From the NCBI RefSeq assembly GCF_963921235.1, contig NC_086097.1:4588001-4652000 (forward strand): DNA of 64,000 bases. The letters run 5' to 3'. The translations under genes were made by a program, and so were the position numbers. Within the stretch, counting starts at the first letter, position 1. Each line of letters begins with the position of its first letter. Origin of the DNA: Mobula hypostoma. Lineage: Eukaryota. A model generated the notes under the pieces. That model saw nothing but the letters and a program-made list of their open reading frames with translations, searched no databases and was not told the origin of the DNA. Below, piece after piece: positions 24,010 through 37,481 of this stretch.

Positions 24010-25923
24010 GAATAGTGCAAGAAATTAAGAAAGAAATCAGGAGGGCTAAAAGGAGACATGAGGTTGCCTTGGCAGTCAAAGTGAAGGATAATCTAAAGAG
24101 CTTTTACAGGTATATTAAGAGCAAAAGGATTGTAAGGGATAAAATTGGTCCTCTTGAAGATCAGAGTGGTCAGCTATGTGCGGAACCAAAGGAAATGGGG
24201 GAGATCTTAAATAAGGTTTTTGCGTCTGTATTTACTAAGGAAACTGGCATGAAGTCTATGGAATTAAGGGAAACAAGTAGCGAGATCATGGAAACTGTAC
24301 AGATCGAGAAGGAGGAGGTCCTTGCTGTCTTGAGGAAAATTAAAGTGGATAAATCCCCGGGACCTGACAGGGTGTTCCCTCGGATCTTGAAGGAGACTAG
24401 TGTTGAAATTGCAGGGGCCCTGGCTGAAATATTTAAAATGTCGCTGTGTACAGGTGAGGTGCCGGAGGATTGGAGAGTGGCTCATTTTGTTCTGTTGTTT
24501 AAAAAAGGATCGAAAAGTAATCCGGGAAATTATAGGCCAGTAAGTTTAACATCGGTAGTAGGTAAGTTATTGGAGGGAATACTAAGAGACAGAATCTAGA
24601 AGCATTTGGATAGACAGGGACTTATTAGGGAGAGTCAACATGGCTTTGTGCGTGGTAGGTCATGTTTGACCAATCTATTGGAGTTTTTCAAGGAGGTTAC
24701 CAGGAAAGTGGATGAAGGGAAGGCAGTGGATATTGTCTACATGTACTTCAGTAAGGCCTTTGACAAGGTCCTGCATGGGAGGTTAGTTAGGAAAATTCAG
24801 TCGCTAGGTATACATGGAGAGGTGGTAAATTGGATTAGCCTTTGGCTCAATGGAAGAAGCCAAAGAGTGGTGGTAGAGAATTGCTTCTCCGAGTGGAGGC
24901 CTGTGATTAGTGGTGTGCCACAGGGATCAGTGCTGGGTCCATTGTTATTTGTCATCTATATCAATGATCTGGATGATAATGTGGTAAATTGGATCAGCAA
25001 ATTTGCTGATGATACAAAGATTGGAGGTGTAGTAGACAGTGAGGAAGGTTTTCAGAGCCTGCAGAGGGACTTGGACCAGCTGGAAAAATGGTCTGAAAAA
25101 TGGCAGATGGAGTTTAATACAGACAAGTGTGAGGTATTACATGTTGGAAGGACAAACCAAGGTAGAACATACAGGGTTAATGGTAAGGCACTGAGGAGTG
25201 CAGTGGAACAGAGGGATCTGGGAATACAGATACAAAATTCCCTAAAAGTGGCGTCACAGGTAGATAGGGTCGTAAAGAGAGCTTTTGGTACATTGGCCTT
25301 TAATAATCAAAGTATTGAGTATAAGAGCTGGAATGTTATGATGAGGTTGTATAAGGCATTGGTGAGGCCGAATCTGGAGTATTGTGTTCAGTTTTGGTCA
25401 CCAAATTACAGGAAGGATATAAGTAAGGTTGAAAGAGTGCAGAGAAGGTTTACAAGGATGTTGCCGGGACTTGAGAAACTCAGTTACAGAGAAAGGTTGA
25501 ATAGGTTAGGACTTTATTCCCTGGAGCGTAGAAGAATGAGGGGAGATTTGATAGAGGTATATAAAATTATGATGGGCATAGATAGAGTGAATGCAAGCAG
25601 GCTTTTTCCACTGAGGCAAGGGGAGAAAAAAACCAGAGGACATGGGTTAAGGGTGAGGGGGGAAAAGTTTAAAGGGAACATTAGGGGGGGCTTCTTCACA
25701 CAGAGAGTGGTGGGAGTATGGAATGAGCTGCCAGACGAGGTGGTAAATGCGGGTTCTTTTTTAACATTTAAGAATAAATTGGACAGATACATGGATGGGA
25801 GGTGTATAGAGGGATATGGTCCGTGTGCAGGTCAGTGGGACTAGGCAGAAAATGGTTCGGCACAGCCAAGAAGGGCCAAAAGGCCTGTTTGTGTGCTGTA
25901 GTTTCTATGGTTCTATGGTTCTA
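24010..25923 (+). mobile_element. Young CR1 LINE, 5'-truncated; ORF2 of about 610 codons with one in-frame stop
   Basis: ORFs 24015..24599 and 24606..25844 share a frame, separated by TAG; NYRPVSLTS, SGVPQGSVLGP, KFADDTK; tail (ctatggtt)n. Confidence 0.95.
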
Positions 25924-26190
25924 ATATTGAAAGGCTTGGATAGACTGGACATGGAGATGGTGTTTCCTTTAGTGGGGGAGTTTAGGGCCAGAGGACACAA
26001 CCTCAGAATAGAAGGACTTCCATTTAGAATGGAAATGAGGAGGAATTTCTTTTGCCAGTGGATGGTGAATCTGTGGAATTCATTGCCATAGACAGTTGTG
26101 GAGCCCAAATCTTTGGGTATATTTAAAGCTGATGTTGATATGCTCTTGATTAGTCAGGACATCAAAGGTTACGGAGGGAAAACAGGAAAA
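25924..26190 (+). mobile_element. Older CR1 3' fragment
   Basis: ILKGLDRLDMEMVFPLVGEFRARGHNLRI...VNLWNSLP. Confidence 0.8.
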
Positions 26191-27442
26191 AGGGGTTTTA
26201 TTCTGACTTCTTCCCACTTTTCTCTCTGGTCTCAGCCCACAACGTTGACTGTTTATTCCTTCCCTTTGATGCTATCTGACCTGCTGAGTTCCTCCAGCAT
26301 TTTGTGCGTGTTGCTCTGGATTTCCAACATCTGCAGAATCTCTCATGTTTGTCACCATGAAACATTTTATTATTATTATTCTCTTGAAAAATGCTTTGAT
26401 AATATATGGGAGAATTAACATATAAAGTCTGATTTCCATTTCTCGAACATGTGAAAAGGAATATCGTCTTCGGAACGTTTGGTTACACTAATTAAACCAC
26501 ATACAGGGAGAAGTATAGCATGACTTTTATTTACAAGTACAGCATGGTAACAGGCCCTTTGGGCCTAACAAACCTACACCACCCTATAACATCCATGTGA
26601 TCAATTAACCTGCTAAAAGGCAGGTCTTTAGAACATGGGATGAAACTGGAGCATCCGCAGGCAACCCGCACGGTCACGGGGAGAATGTACAAACTCCTTA
26701 CAGGCAGCGGTGGAATTCAACCCAGGATTCTAGCATTGTAAAGCATTACACTAACCACTATGTTACTGTGCTGTCCGTGAAAACATGTTATTTATTTATT
26801 TGGAGACAGAAAGTAGAACAGGTTCCTCTGGTCCTTTGACCCAAGCTGTCCAGTAACCCACCTATTTAACCCTGGCGAATCACAGGACAATTTACAATGG
26901 TCCATTAACCTAGTACTAACCAGTACGTCTTCCGACTGTGGGAGAAAACTGGAGCTCCCGGCAGAAGCCCACGCATTCATGGAGAGAACGAGCAAACTTA
27001 TAAGGAATAGGAGCAGGAGTCAGCCATCTAGCCCGTCAAGCCTGCTCCCCCATTCAATAAGATCATGGCTGATCTGGCCATGGATTCATCTCCAGCCTAA
27101 ATCCACTCCCCCTAATCTTGAGGCTATGTCCCCTAGTTCTAGTCTCACCTACCAGCGGAAACAACTTTCTTGCCTCTATCTTATCTATCCCTTTCATAAA
27201 CTTGCTTACAAAGGATGCAAGAATTGAACTCGCCGTTCGATGCCCCAAGCGGTAGTAGCGTTGTGCCTACTGCTATGGTACTTGGCACCACACGAAGGTA
27301 AGATGTTAAACAGAGAAGGAGAAACTTCTAATAAGAAAAAGACACATGCTCGTATTATTAATCAATGGCATTATTTCACAGAGCTTGACACGCCAAGGCA
27401 CGCCAGGCAGAGCAATACCACATGATCGATTCACAGACCAAT

Positions 27443-28012
27443 CCCAGGGCTGAAATGGCTAACACGAGGGGACATAGTTTTAAGGTGCTTGGAAATGGGT
27501 ACAAGGGGGATGTCAGAGGTAAGTTTTTCACACAGAGGGTGGTGGGTGTGTGGAATACACAGCCAGCGAAGGTGGTAGAGGTGGATACAATAGGGTCTTT
27601 TAAGAGACTCTTAGCACATGGAGCTTAAAAAAATAGAGGGCTATGCATTAGGGAAATTCTAGGCAGTCTCTAAAGTGGGTTGCATGGTCGGCACAACATT
27701 GTGGGCCAAAGGGCCTGTAATGTGCTGTAAATTTCTATGTTACTGTGTTTCTATGACAAGGTGCCACACATGAGGCTGCTTCACAAGATAAAATCCTATG
27801 GCGTAACAGGAAAGATACTGGTGTGGATAGAGGAATGGCTGACAGGCAGGAGGCAGTGAGTCGGAATAAAGGAGGCTTTTTCTGGTTGGCTGCCGGTGAC
27901 TAGTGGTGTTTCTCAGGGGTCAGTATTGGGACTGCTCTTTTCACATTGTTTGCCAATGATTTAGATAACGGAATTGATAGTTTTGTGGCAATGTTTGCAG
28001 AAGATACCAAGA
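27443..28012 (+). mobile_element. Two adjacent CR1 fragments (a 3' end, then an RT fragment)
   Basis: RGHSFKV...FFTQRVVGVWN; DKVPHMRLL...SGVSQGSVLG...FAEDTK. Confidence 0.8.
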
Positions 28013-28014
28013 TA

Positions 28015-28868
28015 TGCCAACTAATGGAGTGGTGTCACAGCAACAGCCTGGCACTCAGTGTCAGTCAGACGAAAGAGCTGATAGTGGACTTCAGGAAGGG
28101 TAAGATGAAGGAACACATACCAATCCCCATAGAGGGATCAGAAGTGGAGAGAGTGAGCAGCTTCAAGTTCCTGGGTGTCAAGATCTCTGAGGATCTAACT
28201 GGTCCCAACGTATCAAGAGAGTTATAAAGAAGGCAAGACAGCAGCTATACTTCATTCGGAACCTAAAGAGATTTTGCATGTCAACAAATACACTCAAAAA
28301 CTTGTACAGATGTACTGTGGGGAGCATTCTGACAGGCTGCATCACTGTCTGGTATGGAGGGGCTACTGCATAGGACTGAAAGAAGCTGCAGAGAGTTCTA
28401 AATCCAGTCGGCTCCATCTTGGGTACTAGCCTACAAAGTACACAGGACATCTTCAGGGAGTGGTATCTCAGAAAGGCAGCGTCCATTATTAAAGACCTCC
28501 AGCACCCAGGACATGGCCTTTTCTCACTGTTACCATCAGGTAGGAGGTACAGAAGCCTGAAGGCACACATTCAGTGATTCAGAAACAGCTTCTTCCCCTC
28601 TGCCATCCGATTCCTAAATGAACATTGAACCCTTGGACACTACCTCACTTTTTAAACATATAAATTTAAATATATATATTATTTGTTTTTGCACGACTTT
28701 TAATCTATTCAATATACATATACTGTAATTGATACACTTGAGAGCCCATAAGTAGATCAACAGAATGATCATCGTGGAACAGATCATCCTCGACCTTGAG
28801 GGATAGCCACGACTGTAATTGATTGATTGATTTATTTTTTTCTTCTTTATTATGTATTGCATTGAACT
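28015..28868 (+). mobile_element. Rex1/Babar fragment containing a tiny RTE-tail insertion (28734-28811)
   Basis: TKELIVDFRK, SFKFLGV, HPGHGLFSLLPSGRRY; insertion flanked by a 12-bp TSD actgtaattgat at 28722-28733 and 28812-28823. Confidence 0.8.
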
Positions 28869-31800
28869 GCATGTGGTGGCTTCGCTCAGCAACTCCACGG
28901 CTGCGAGAATGGGGAGTCGACTGGGACACCCGGCTGAACACGATAGATACCGATCGTTGAAAACTCACCTTTCACAGACTTTTGGACTATTGGAGCCTGA
29001 GCATGCCAAACAGTTGCTCTCCTTACCCGACATTGGAGATGGTAAGCCTTCAAAGGTAATGGAGCACATGCTGTCTCTGTTGGGAAATCACCATCGTTGT
29101 AAAACACACAAAATGCTGGAGGAACTCAGCAGGCCAGGCAGCATCTATGGAAAAGAGTACAGTCGATGTTTTGGGCCAAGATTCTTCAGCAGGACATCAG
29201 CATCTGCAGATTTTCTTTGTTTGAAATATCCATCCTTGTTTTATTTTTAAAGAACTCTTCATGCAGCAAATGCCTGATAAAGTTTGCATAGCCCTCGTTA
29301 ATGCACCCATGAAAGACAACAGGGAGCTTGCTAAAATGGCTGATAGTCTACACTCAGCTAGGCAGTGGTACATCATCCCTCCTTCAGTCTCGACTTTGAT
29401 AAGCGTGGTCAGCAAAGCCCCCAACACAAGGACGCTCACGGCTGCGGAACAGACACCGCCAGGCCAGTGATTTACTATGTTCACTTTGGTATGGATGACA
29501 GGATGGGCTGACTGTCTTGCAGCTTCAACAGAACCAGCACATTGGGACATCAGAGGTCTGAGAACACCATGGGTTCCAGCTGCCAGGGTCATCTACTCTT
29601 TATTATGGACAGCCTTCCAGGGCAACGCTTCCTGTGCGACACCAGTGCTCAGGTGCGTGTGCATTGCCTATTGATGAGAAGGCAAAGTACGACAAAACCT
29701 CACTGGACTTGACTGGTCAGTGGACATGACCAGGGCATTTGATGATACCAAACACCATGCAGCCCTACTGGCCCACCCACTCCCCGGCACACCACAGACA
29801 TTATTACTGATGCTGTGCACCAACAGCTGGTTGGAGGCAGCCACTCACCTTCTTCATCCGCCAGCTCCATCTCCCTGAAAGGAAGTACAGTACGTTTGAC
29901 TGTGAGCTTCTCAGTCTCTATCTGGTTGTCTGCTGTTTTCGTTTTTTCCTAGAAGGTCACCATTTCACAGCGTCCGTTGACCACAAACCCCTCGTGTACA
30001 CAATGGCCAAAATATGAGACCGTATTTTGTCTGTGCTTCAGTAATGCCACCTGGCCAACCTATCTGAGTTCACAATTGATGTACAACATATCAAGGGGAG
30101 AAATAATGCCATAGCTGATTGCCTGTCATGGCCAGCTGCTGAGGTCATACACATAGTGGTTGACAATGCCGGCATGGCAACCGACCAAGCTGCTGACCCA
30201 GAGGCCCAGGCTTACCGAACAGCAGTCACGAGCTGCTGACCCAGAGGCCCAGGCTTACCGAACAGCAGTCACGAGCTGCTGACCCAGAGGCCCAGGCTTA
30301 CCGCACAGCAGTCACGAGCTGCTGACCCAGAGGCCCAGGCTTACCGCACAGCAGTCACGAGCTGCTGACCCAGAGGCCCAGGCTTACCGCACAGCAGTCA
30401 CGAGCTGCTGACCCAGAGACCTAGGCTTACCGAACAGCAGTCACGAGCTGCTGACCCAGAGGCCCAGGCTTAACCCACAGCAGTCACGAGCTGCTGACCC
30501 AGAGGCCCAGGCTTACCGAACAGCAGTCACAAGCTGCTGACCCAGAGGCCCAGGCTTAACCCACAGCAGTCACGAGCTGCTGACCCAGAGGCCCAGGCTT
30601 AACCCACAGCAGTCACGAGCTGCTGACCCAGAGACCCAGGCTTACCGCACAGCAGTCACGAGCTGCTGACCCAGAGACCTAGGCTTACCGAACAGCAGTC
30701 ACGAGCTGCTGACCCAGAGGCCCAGGCTTAACCCACAGCAGTCACGAGCTGCTGACCCAGAGGCCCAGGCTTAACCCACAGCAGTCACGAGCTGCTGACC
30801 CAGAGACCCAGGCTTACCGAACAGCAGTCACGAGCTGCTGACCCAGAGGCCCGGGCTTACCGAACAGCAGTCACGAGCTGCTGACCCAGAGACCCAGGCT
30901 TACCGCACAGCAGTCACGAGCTGCTGACCCAGAGGCCCGGGCTTACCGAACAGCAGTCACGAGCTGCTGACCCAGAGGCCCAGGCTTACCCCACAGCAGT
31001 CACGAGCTGCTGACCCAGAGGCCCAGGCTTACCGAACAGCAGTCACGAGCTGCTGACCCAGAGGCCCAGGCTTACCGAACAGCAGTCACAAGCCTGCAGT
31101 TGGCTGACATGAAGTTTGGAGCAGCTGGAGTTTCTCTCATGTGTGATATCTGAACCGGTTTCCCTCACCCCACAGCATCCTGGGGGCGGATGGTTTTTAA
31201 CTCCATGCATGGCCATTCTAGGCCAGAAGGCTTCACAGAAACTGGTTGCACTTAAGGCTCTGTGGCATGGACTTCGAGAGGACATGTGTGTGGTTGGACT
31301 GCAGCCTGTGTGGAGTGCCAGCGGGCAAAAATTAGCCATCATGTTCAGGTGCCATTGGCGCCTTTTGAGGTCCCCGAGCGATGATTTGACCATGTCAATA
31401 TGCCCTTGTTGGTCCTCACACTCCCACACAGTTTCACACACCTCCATACCATGATGGACCATACAACCGGGTGGCCAGAGGTCATTCCCCTAGCGTGAGT
31501 GATGGCAGCTGATGTGGCTCGGGCATTCATCAGCCTGGGTTGCTTGGTTTGGCACCTCATCTGATATTTCCTCTGACTGCGGTCCCCAGTTCACCTCAGA
31601 CCTCTGGGCCATGATGGCGCAGAACCTCGGCATCAGGCTACATCACACCATGGCGTATCACCCGCAGTCCAATGGCCTATGCAAGCGGTTTCACCGCTCC
31701 TTAAAAGCTGTTCTGTCGGCTCACCTGACTGATGAGTTTGGGCATGATCGTTCCCTGTGGGTCCTGCTGGGGCTCAGAACAGCTCCAAAAGAGGATCTGC

Positions 31801-32525
31801 AGTCGTCCGCGACTGAGCTGATACACCGGCAGCCACCATGTATGCCAGGGGATTTTATTTCTGGCACCATGACCGCCTGGTTGACCTCTCAATAAATTCC
31901 ACCCTCCTCAGTAAATTCAATTACTTCTCACCTATTCCTTCCTCCCAACATGGCGAACAGCGCTCTTCGGTTCCTGCAGACCTACATTCCACCTCGTTCG
32001 TTTTCGTCCGCCGTGATGGACACCAACATCGCCTTACTCCCCTTTACAATGGCCCATTCTGCATTTTGGAACGGGGAGAAAAGACTTTTATCGTAGATAT
32101 GAGGGGTAAACCTGAATGTATTTCAGCAGATTCCCTTAAACTGGCCCACCAAGATTTGGAGGATTTGCTACCATGTCCCTGCCATCATGACACGGGCATG
32201 TCAACACAGCTCTGGACAAGCTCGAGGCACCTGCCCATGGAACACAGGACCCGAGCTGCGTGGGTTGTCTGAGGTCCTGACAGGCTCACAGTCTCACTTT
32301 TAGTGAATTCTGGTGGGGGTGGGGGTGCTGTGTGGGGCAATGTAGTTGGTGGAAACGTACATAATTCAGTTGAGTTGGGGTTCACTTTAAGAGGCTGGTC
32401 TGACATGAAGATGTAATCACAGAAAGAGTTTCTAGTGCGCTTTGTGTTCAGGTTTTGAAGTTCAATAAAGTGTGTTGCATCTTTTTCTTCAACGCCTCAC
32501 ACGGTTTTATTTGCGAAAACCCCCA
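28868..32525 (+). mobile_element. Degenerate Gypsy (CsRn1-like) LTR retrotransposon: gag, protease, RNase H, integrase and 3' LTR; RT and 5' LTR missing
   Basis: gag ...AKQLLSLPDIGDGKPSKVMEHMLSL; protease FLCDTSAQV; ERKYSTFDCELL, DHKPL; ISSDCGPQFTS, AYHPQSNGLCKRFHRSLK, YNGPF; PPT ggtgggggtggggg, then LTR about 32331-32525 with aataaa. Confidence 0.88.
30189..31091 (+). repeat. Minisatellite, 21 copies of a 43-bp unit
   Basis: Unit gctgctgacccagaggcccaggcttaccgaacagcagtcacga starts at 30189, 30232, 30275...31049; no spacers. Confidence 0.97.
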
Positions 32526-33329
32526 GTGCTCTGTGTAGATGTGCTCAGTAGTGGATTGAACGTATGATTATGTTAAACTCGTCACAATGAGGAGCAGGCC
32601 TGAAGATTTAAATCATCTTTCTATTTCCTATGTTTGATAGTGATCTCAAAATCAGACACGGTTCTCTCTTTCTGGAATGATATAGCTATCGCCATGGAGA
32701 GTTTTAAAAAATTGGGATCCACAAAAATAGTGGATATGGCCCAGTTTATCACAGGAACTCCCCCAACCCCCCACCATTGAGCACATCTACGTGGAGTACT
32801 GTCACTGGAAAGCAGCATCCATCATCAAGGACCCCCACCATTTGGGCTATGCCTTCCTCTCGCTGCTGCCATCAGGCAGGAAGTACAGGAACCTTAGGTT
32901 CAGGAACAGATATTACCCCCAAATATTGGTCTCTGGAACCAAAGGGGATAACTTCACTCACCTCAGCAACGAATTCCCAACTGACTCACTTTCAAGGACT
33001 CCACACCTCCTGTTCTCAGTTTTAGTTATTACATATTTATCTATTACTATCATTTTGATCTTTTCCTTACATATTTGCACAATATGTTGTCATTTGCACA
33101 TGGCTGTTTGTCAGTCTTTATTTGTGTGTAGTCTTCACTGATTCTTTTATGTCTCTTTATACTTATTGTGAATACCCGCAAGAAAATGATCTCAGCATTG
33201 CATATAGTGACACAACAGGATACGTACTGTGACAATAAATTTACTTTGAATTGTTGAACTTTTTGTGGGAAGACCCTTGTTAGATCGCATGGAAACAAAC
33301 CCTTCAGCCGAACAAGTTCTTTAAGAGCA

Positions 33330-34430
33330 AGGTGGTTGATAAGGTACCCCATGCCAGGCTTATTGAGAGAGTAAGGAGGCATGGGATCCAAGGGGATATT
33401 GCTTTGTGGATCCAGAACTGGCTTGCTCACAGAAGGCTGTGGTTGTAGACGGGTCATATTTTGCATAGAGGTCGGTGACCAGTGGTGTGCTTCAGGGATC
33501 TGTTCTGGGACCCCTTCTCTTCGTGATTTTTATAAATGACCTGGATGAGGAAGTGGTGGGATGGGTTAGTAAATTTGCTGATGACACAAAGGTTGGGGGT
33601 GTTGTGGATAGTGTGGAGGGCTGTCAGAGGTTATAGCGGAACATTGATAGGATGCAAAACTAGACTGAGAAGTGTCAGGTGGAGTTCAACCCAGATAAGT
33701 GTGAAGTGGTTCATTTTGGTAGATCAAATATGATGGCAGAATATAGTATTAATGGTAAGACTCTTGGCGTTGTGGAGGATCAGAGGGATCTTGGGGTCTG
33801 AGTCCATAGGACGCTCAAAGCAGCTGCGCAGGTTGACTTTGTGGTTAAGAAGGCGTACGGTGTATTGGCCTTCATCAATCGTGGAATTGAATTTAAGAGC
33901 CGAGAGGTAGTGTTGCAGCTATATAGGACCGTGGTCAGACCCTACTTGGAGTACTGTGCTCAGTTCTGGTCGCCTCACTACAGGAAGAATGTGGGAGCCA
34001 TAGAAAGGGTGCAGAGGAGATTTACAAGGATGTTGCCTGGATTGGGGAGCATGCCTTATGAAAACAGGTTGAGTGAACTCAGCCTTTTCTCCTTGGAGCG
34101 ATGGAGGATGAGAGGTGACCTGATAGAGGTGTACAAGATGATGAGAGGCATTGATCATATGGATAGTCAGAGGCTTTTTCCCAGGGCTGAAATGGTTGCC
34201 ACAAGAGGACACAGAGAGTGATGAGTGCGTGGAATAGGCTGCCAGCAATGGTGGTGGGGGTGGATACGATAGGGTCTTTTAAGAGACTTTTGGATAGGTA
34301 CACGGAGCTTAGAAAAAATGATGGGCTATATGTAAGCCTAGTAATTTCTAAGGTAGTGACATATTCGGGAAAACTTTGAGGGCCGAAGGGCCTGTATTGT
34401 GCTGTAGGTTTTCCATGTTTCTATGTTTTT
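33330..34430 (+). mobile_element. CR1 LINE, 5'-truncated
   Basis: KFADDTK, LEYCAQFWSPHY, RGDLIEVYK; tail (ctatgttt)n. Confidence 0.92.
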
Positions 34431-34864
34431 CTAATGAAGGAGAATGAGGAGTGATCTTGTCAGGGGCTATAAAATCATAAGGGACTTTGATAGCCACAGT
34501 ACTTTCTCCCAGCAGGAGAGTCTAAAAACAGAAGACATAGGGTTAAGACATAAAATTCTAGAGGAACAGACAATGTCTATGGAAGGGAATAAAAAGTCAA
34601 TGATTCAAGCCAATGGAATGAGAAATTGGTTGATGTTTTAATGGTTGTAAAACAGTACTCCCTGATAACAAGAGTGCGGAGTTACATTACCATGGACAAT
34701 GTGTCAACATGATAAGATAGGCTGAAGTCAGCAAGGTTACACAGAACATGGAACATGGAGGAGTACATCACAGGGACAGGCTATTCAGCCCACAGCTAAA
34801 GAACAAATCAAAATCACCCAAGATTATTTCTTCTTACCTACACCACTTCCGTTTCCCTCCATCT

Positions 34865-35415
34865 TCTATTTCCTGAGGAGACTGAGGTCCTTTAACATCT
34901 GTCGGACGATGCTGAGGAGGTTCTACGAGTCTGTGGTGGCCACTGTGATCATGTTTGCTGTTGTGTGCTGGGGCAGCAGGCTGAGGGTAGCAGACACCAA
35001 CAGAATCAACAAACTCATTCTTAAGGCCAGTGATGTTGTGGGGATGGAACTGGACTCTTTGATGGTGGTGTCTGAAAAGAGGATGCTGTCCAAGTTACAT
35101 GCCATCTTGGACAATGTCTCCCATCCACTACATAATGGACTGGTTGGGCACAGGAGTACATTCAGCCAGAGACTCATTCCACCGAGATGCGTCATAGGAA
35201 GTCATTCCTGCCTGTGGCCATCAAAGTTTACAACTCCTCCCCTGGAGGGTCAGACACCCTGAGCCAATAGGCTGGTCCTGGACTTATTTCCTGGCATAAT
35301 TTACATATTACTATTTAATTATTTATGGTTTTATCACTATTTAATTATTTAAGGTGCAACTGTAATGAAAACCAATTTCCCTCGGGATCAATAAAGTATG
35401 ACTATGACTATGACT
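34865..35415 (+). mobile_element. Rex1/Babar-like 3' fragment with (gactat)n tail; same family at 56603-56940(-) and 58168-58542(-)
   Basis: MLRRFYESVVA...ILDNVSHPLH...SFLPVAIK; caataaagtatgactatgactatgact. Confidence 0.8.
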
Positions 35416-36160
35416 ATTAAGGGAAAATCTTGCCTGACCAATCTGTTAGAATTATTTGAAGAAATAACAAGCAGGATAGACAATGGAGAATTGGCTGATG
35501 TTGTGTGCTTGGATTTTCAGAAGGCCTTTGACAAGGTACCATACATGTATCTGCTTAACAAGCTACAAGCCCATGGTATTACAGGAAAGATTCTAGCGTA
35601 GATAAAGCAGTGGCTGATTTGCAGGAGTCAAAGAGTGGGAATAAAAGGAGCCTTTTCTGGTTGGCTGCTGGTGAATAGTGGTGTTCCACGTGTGTCTGTG
35701 TTGGGACAGATTTTTTTATGTCATATGTCAATGATTTGGATGATGGAATTGATGGCTTTGTTGCAAATTTTACTGACAATATGAAGATGGTTGGTGGGGC
35801 AGGTAGTTTCGAGGAAATAGAAAGGCTACTGAAGGACTTGGACAGATGAGAAGAATGGGCAGAGAAGTGGAAGATGGAATACAGTGTCTGGAAATGTATG
35901 GTTATTACTTTAGTAGAAGGTATAAAAGTGTAGACCATCTTCTAAATGGAGAGAAAATTCAAAAATCTGAGGTGCAAAGACACCTTGGGGAGTCCTCGTA
36001 CAGGATTTGCTAAATGTTAAATTGTAAATTGAGTCTGTGGTGAGGAAGGCAATTATGATGTTAGCATTCATTTGAAGAGGACTAGAATTTAAAAGCAAGG
36101 ATGCAATGATGAGGCTTTATAAAGCACTGGGGAGGTCTCACTTGGAATATTCTGAGCAGT
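35416..36160 (+). mobile_element. Degenerate CR1 RT fragment
   Basis: GKSCLTNLLE, LDFQKAFDKVP. Confidence 0.85.
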
Positions 36161-36453
36161 TTGAAGAAAAATACCTCCTTATGCAATTGGATCCTTGATT
36201 TTCTCACTTGCAGGCCCCAGTCAGTTTGGAGTGGCAAAAACATCTCCTCCACAATCTTCACCAGCACAGGTGCATCACAAGGCAATGTGCTTAGCCCTCT
36301 GCTCTACTCACTTTACATTTACGACTGTGTGGCTAGGCATAACTCCAATGCCACATTTAAGGTTGCCTACGAGACCACTGTCATTGGCCAAGTGGTGATG
36401 ACTTGGTATATAGGAGGAAGATTGAAAACCTGGCTGAATGTTGCCGCAGCAAC

Positions 36454-37436
36454 TGTCATAATGGGATGGCATTGGTGGCGGACCCAAACGCAAGTCACAG
36501 ACAGTGAAGTACTAGGAACGGGACTGGGTGTGTCAAGAAAGCAAGGGAAGTGGGGAAGGAATGATGCTGGACAAGACACAGGACCTGGATGAGACGAGGA
36601 TACAGAGCCTGGGCTAGGACTAGACTAGGAAAGCAGGACCTGGACGAGGAACTAGGAACTTGGAACCTGGACAAAAACTCCAAGCCAGAGACTGGACAGG
36701 GACCCAGAACCTGGGTCTTGACTCGTGCTCAGACTCCAGATCTAGGCGAGGACAAGATGTGGCAATACAACAGGACTGGATGAGGGGGCAGGACGTGAGA
36801 CTCCTGGGCAGGACGTGGGACCAGAAATGGATGAGGACACAAAGCTCAGATTTGGTCTTCGGAGACAGGAAGGCAGAACACAGAGCTGGGACCCCTTTTT
36901 GGGAACAGGACGTAGGGCCAGGACTTATACACAGAACACAGAGAGACAGATTTTCACTCAAGGTAGTGGCAAACGGCGGGACCTACCTAGCGAAGGTGTG
37001 GACACAGAAACAGTTCCCAACTCAAGGCAGCGGTAAATGGCCAGATCTGCCTAGCAAAGGCGTGGACACAGAGGCAGTTCCCAACTCAAGGCAGCGGCAA
37101 ATGGCTGGACCTACCTAGCGAAGGCGAGGTCACAAAGAGACAGTTCCAAACAATGAAAGACAGTTGCTTATCTAGAGACAGCAAGGCCCCGATCTTGCCC
37201 TGGAGGTAGAACCTGACGGCGTTACAGGCGAGGCTTCAGAAGGAAGGGGAAGGGGAGGGAACAGTCCAACAACTGAAGCTGAACCGAGGAGCTGTTTATA
37301 TAGCCAGCCCAAAATGAGAATCAGGTGCCTCAATTAAGGCACACAACAGGACAAGGGAAAACCGGAAATCCTGGAATAAGGAACAATGGACCAGACCGTG
37401 AACCAGAATGCTGAATTCATGGACCGGACCACGACA
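36454..37436 (-). mobile_element. Solo LTR of the same family as 10518-11158
   Basis: Minus-strand termini TGTCGTGGTCCGGTCC...TTATGACA; perfect 5-bp TSD GCAAC at 36449-36453 and 37437-37441; three internal tandem copies of about 62 bp near 36955-37145. Confidence 0.9.
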
Positions 37437-37481
37437 GCAACAAACTCTTACTCAACATCAGCAAGAACAAGGAGCTTATTA

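Noticed and set aside
24606..25844. 412-aa ORF as a host or domesticated gene
   Set aside because: It is a plain CR1 ORF2 fragment with a LINE tail, an upstream in-frame stop and no ATG start.
30189..31091. CRISPR-like array
   Set aside because: Units are contiguous with no unique spacers, there are no cas genes, the context is eukaryotic, and the unit derives from Gypsy pol.
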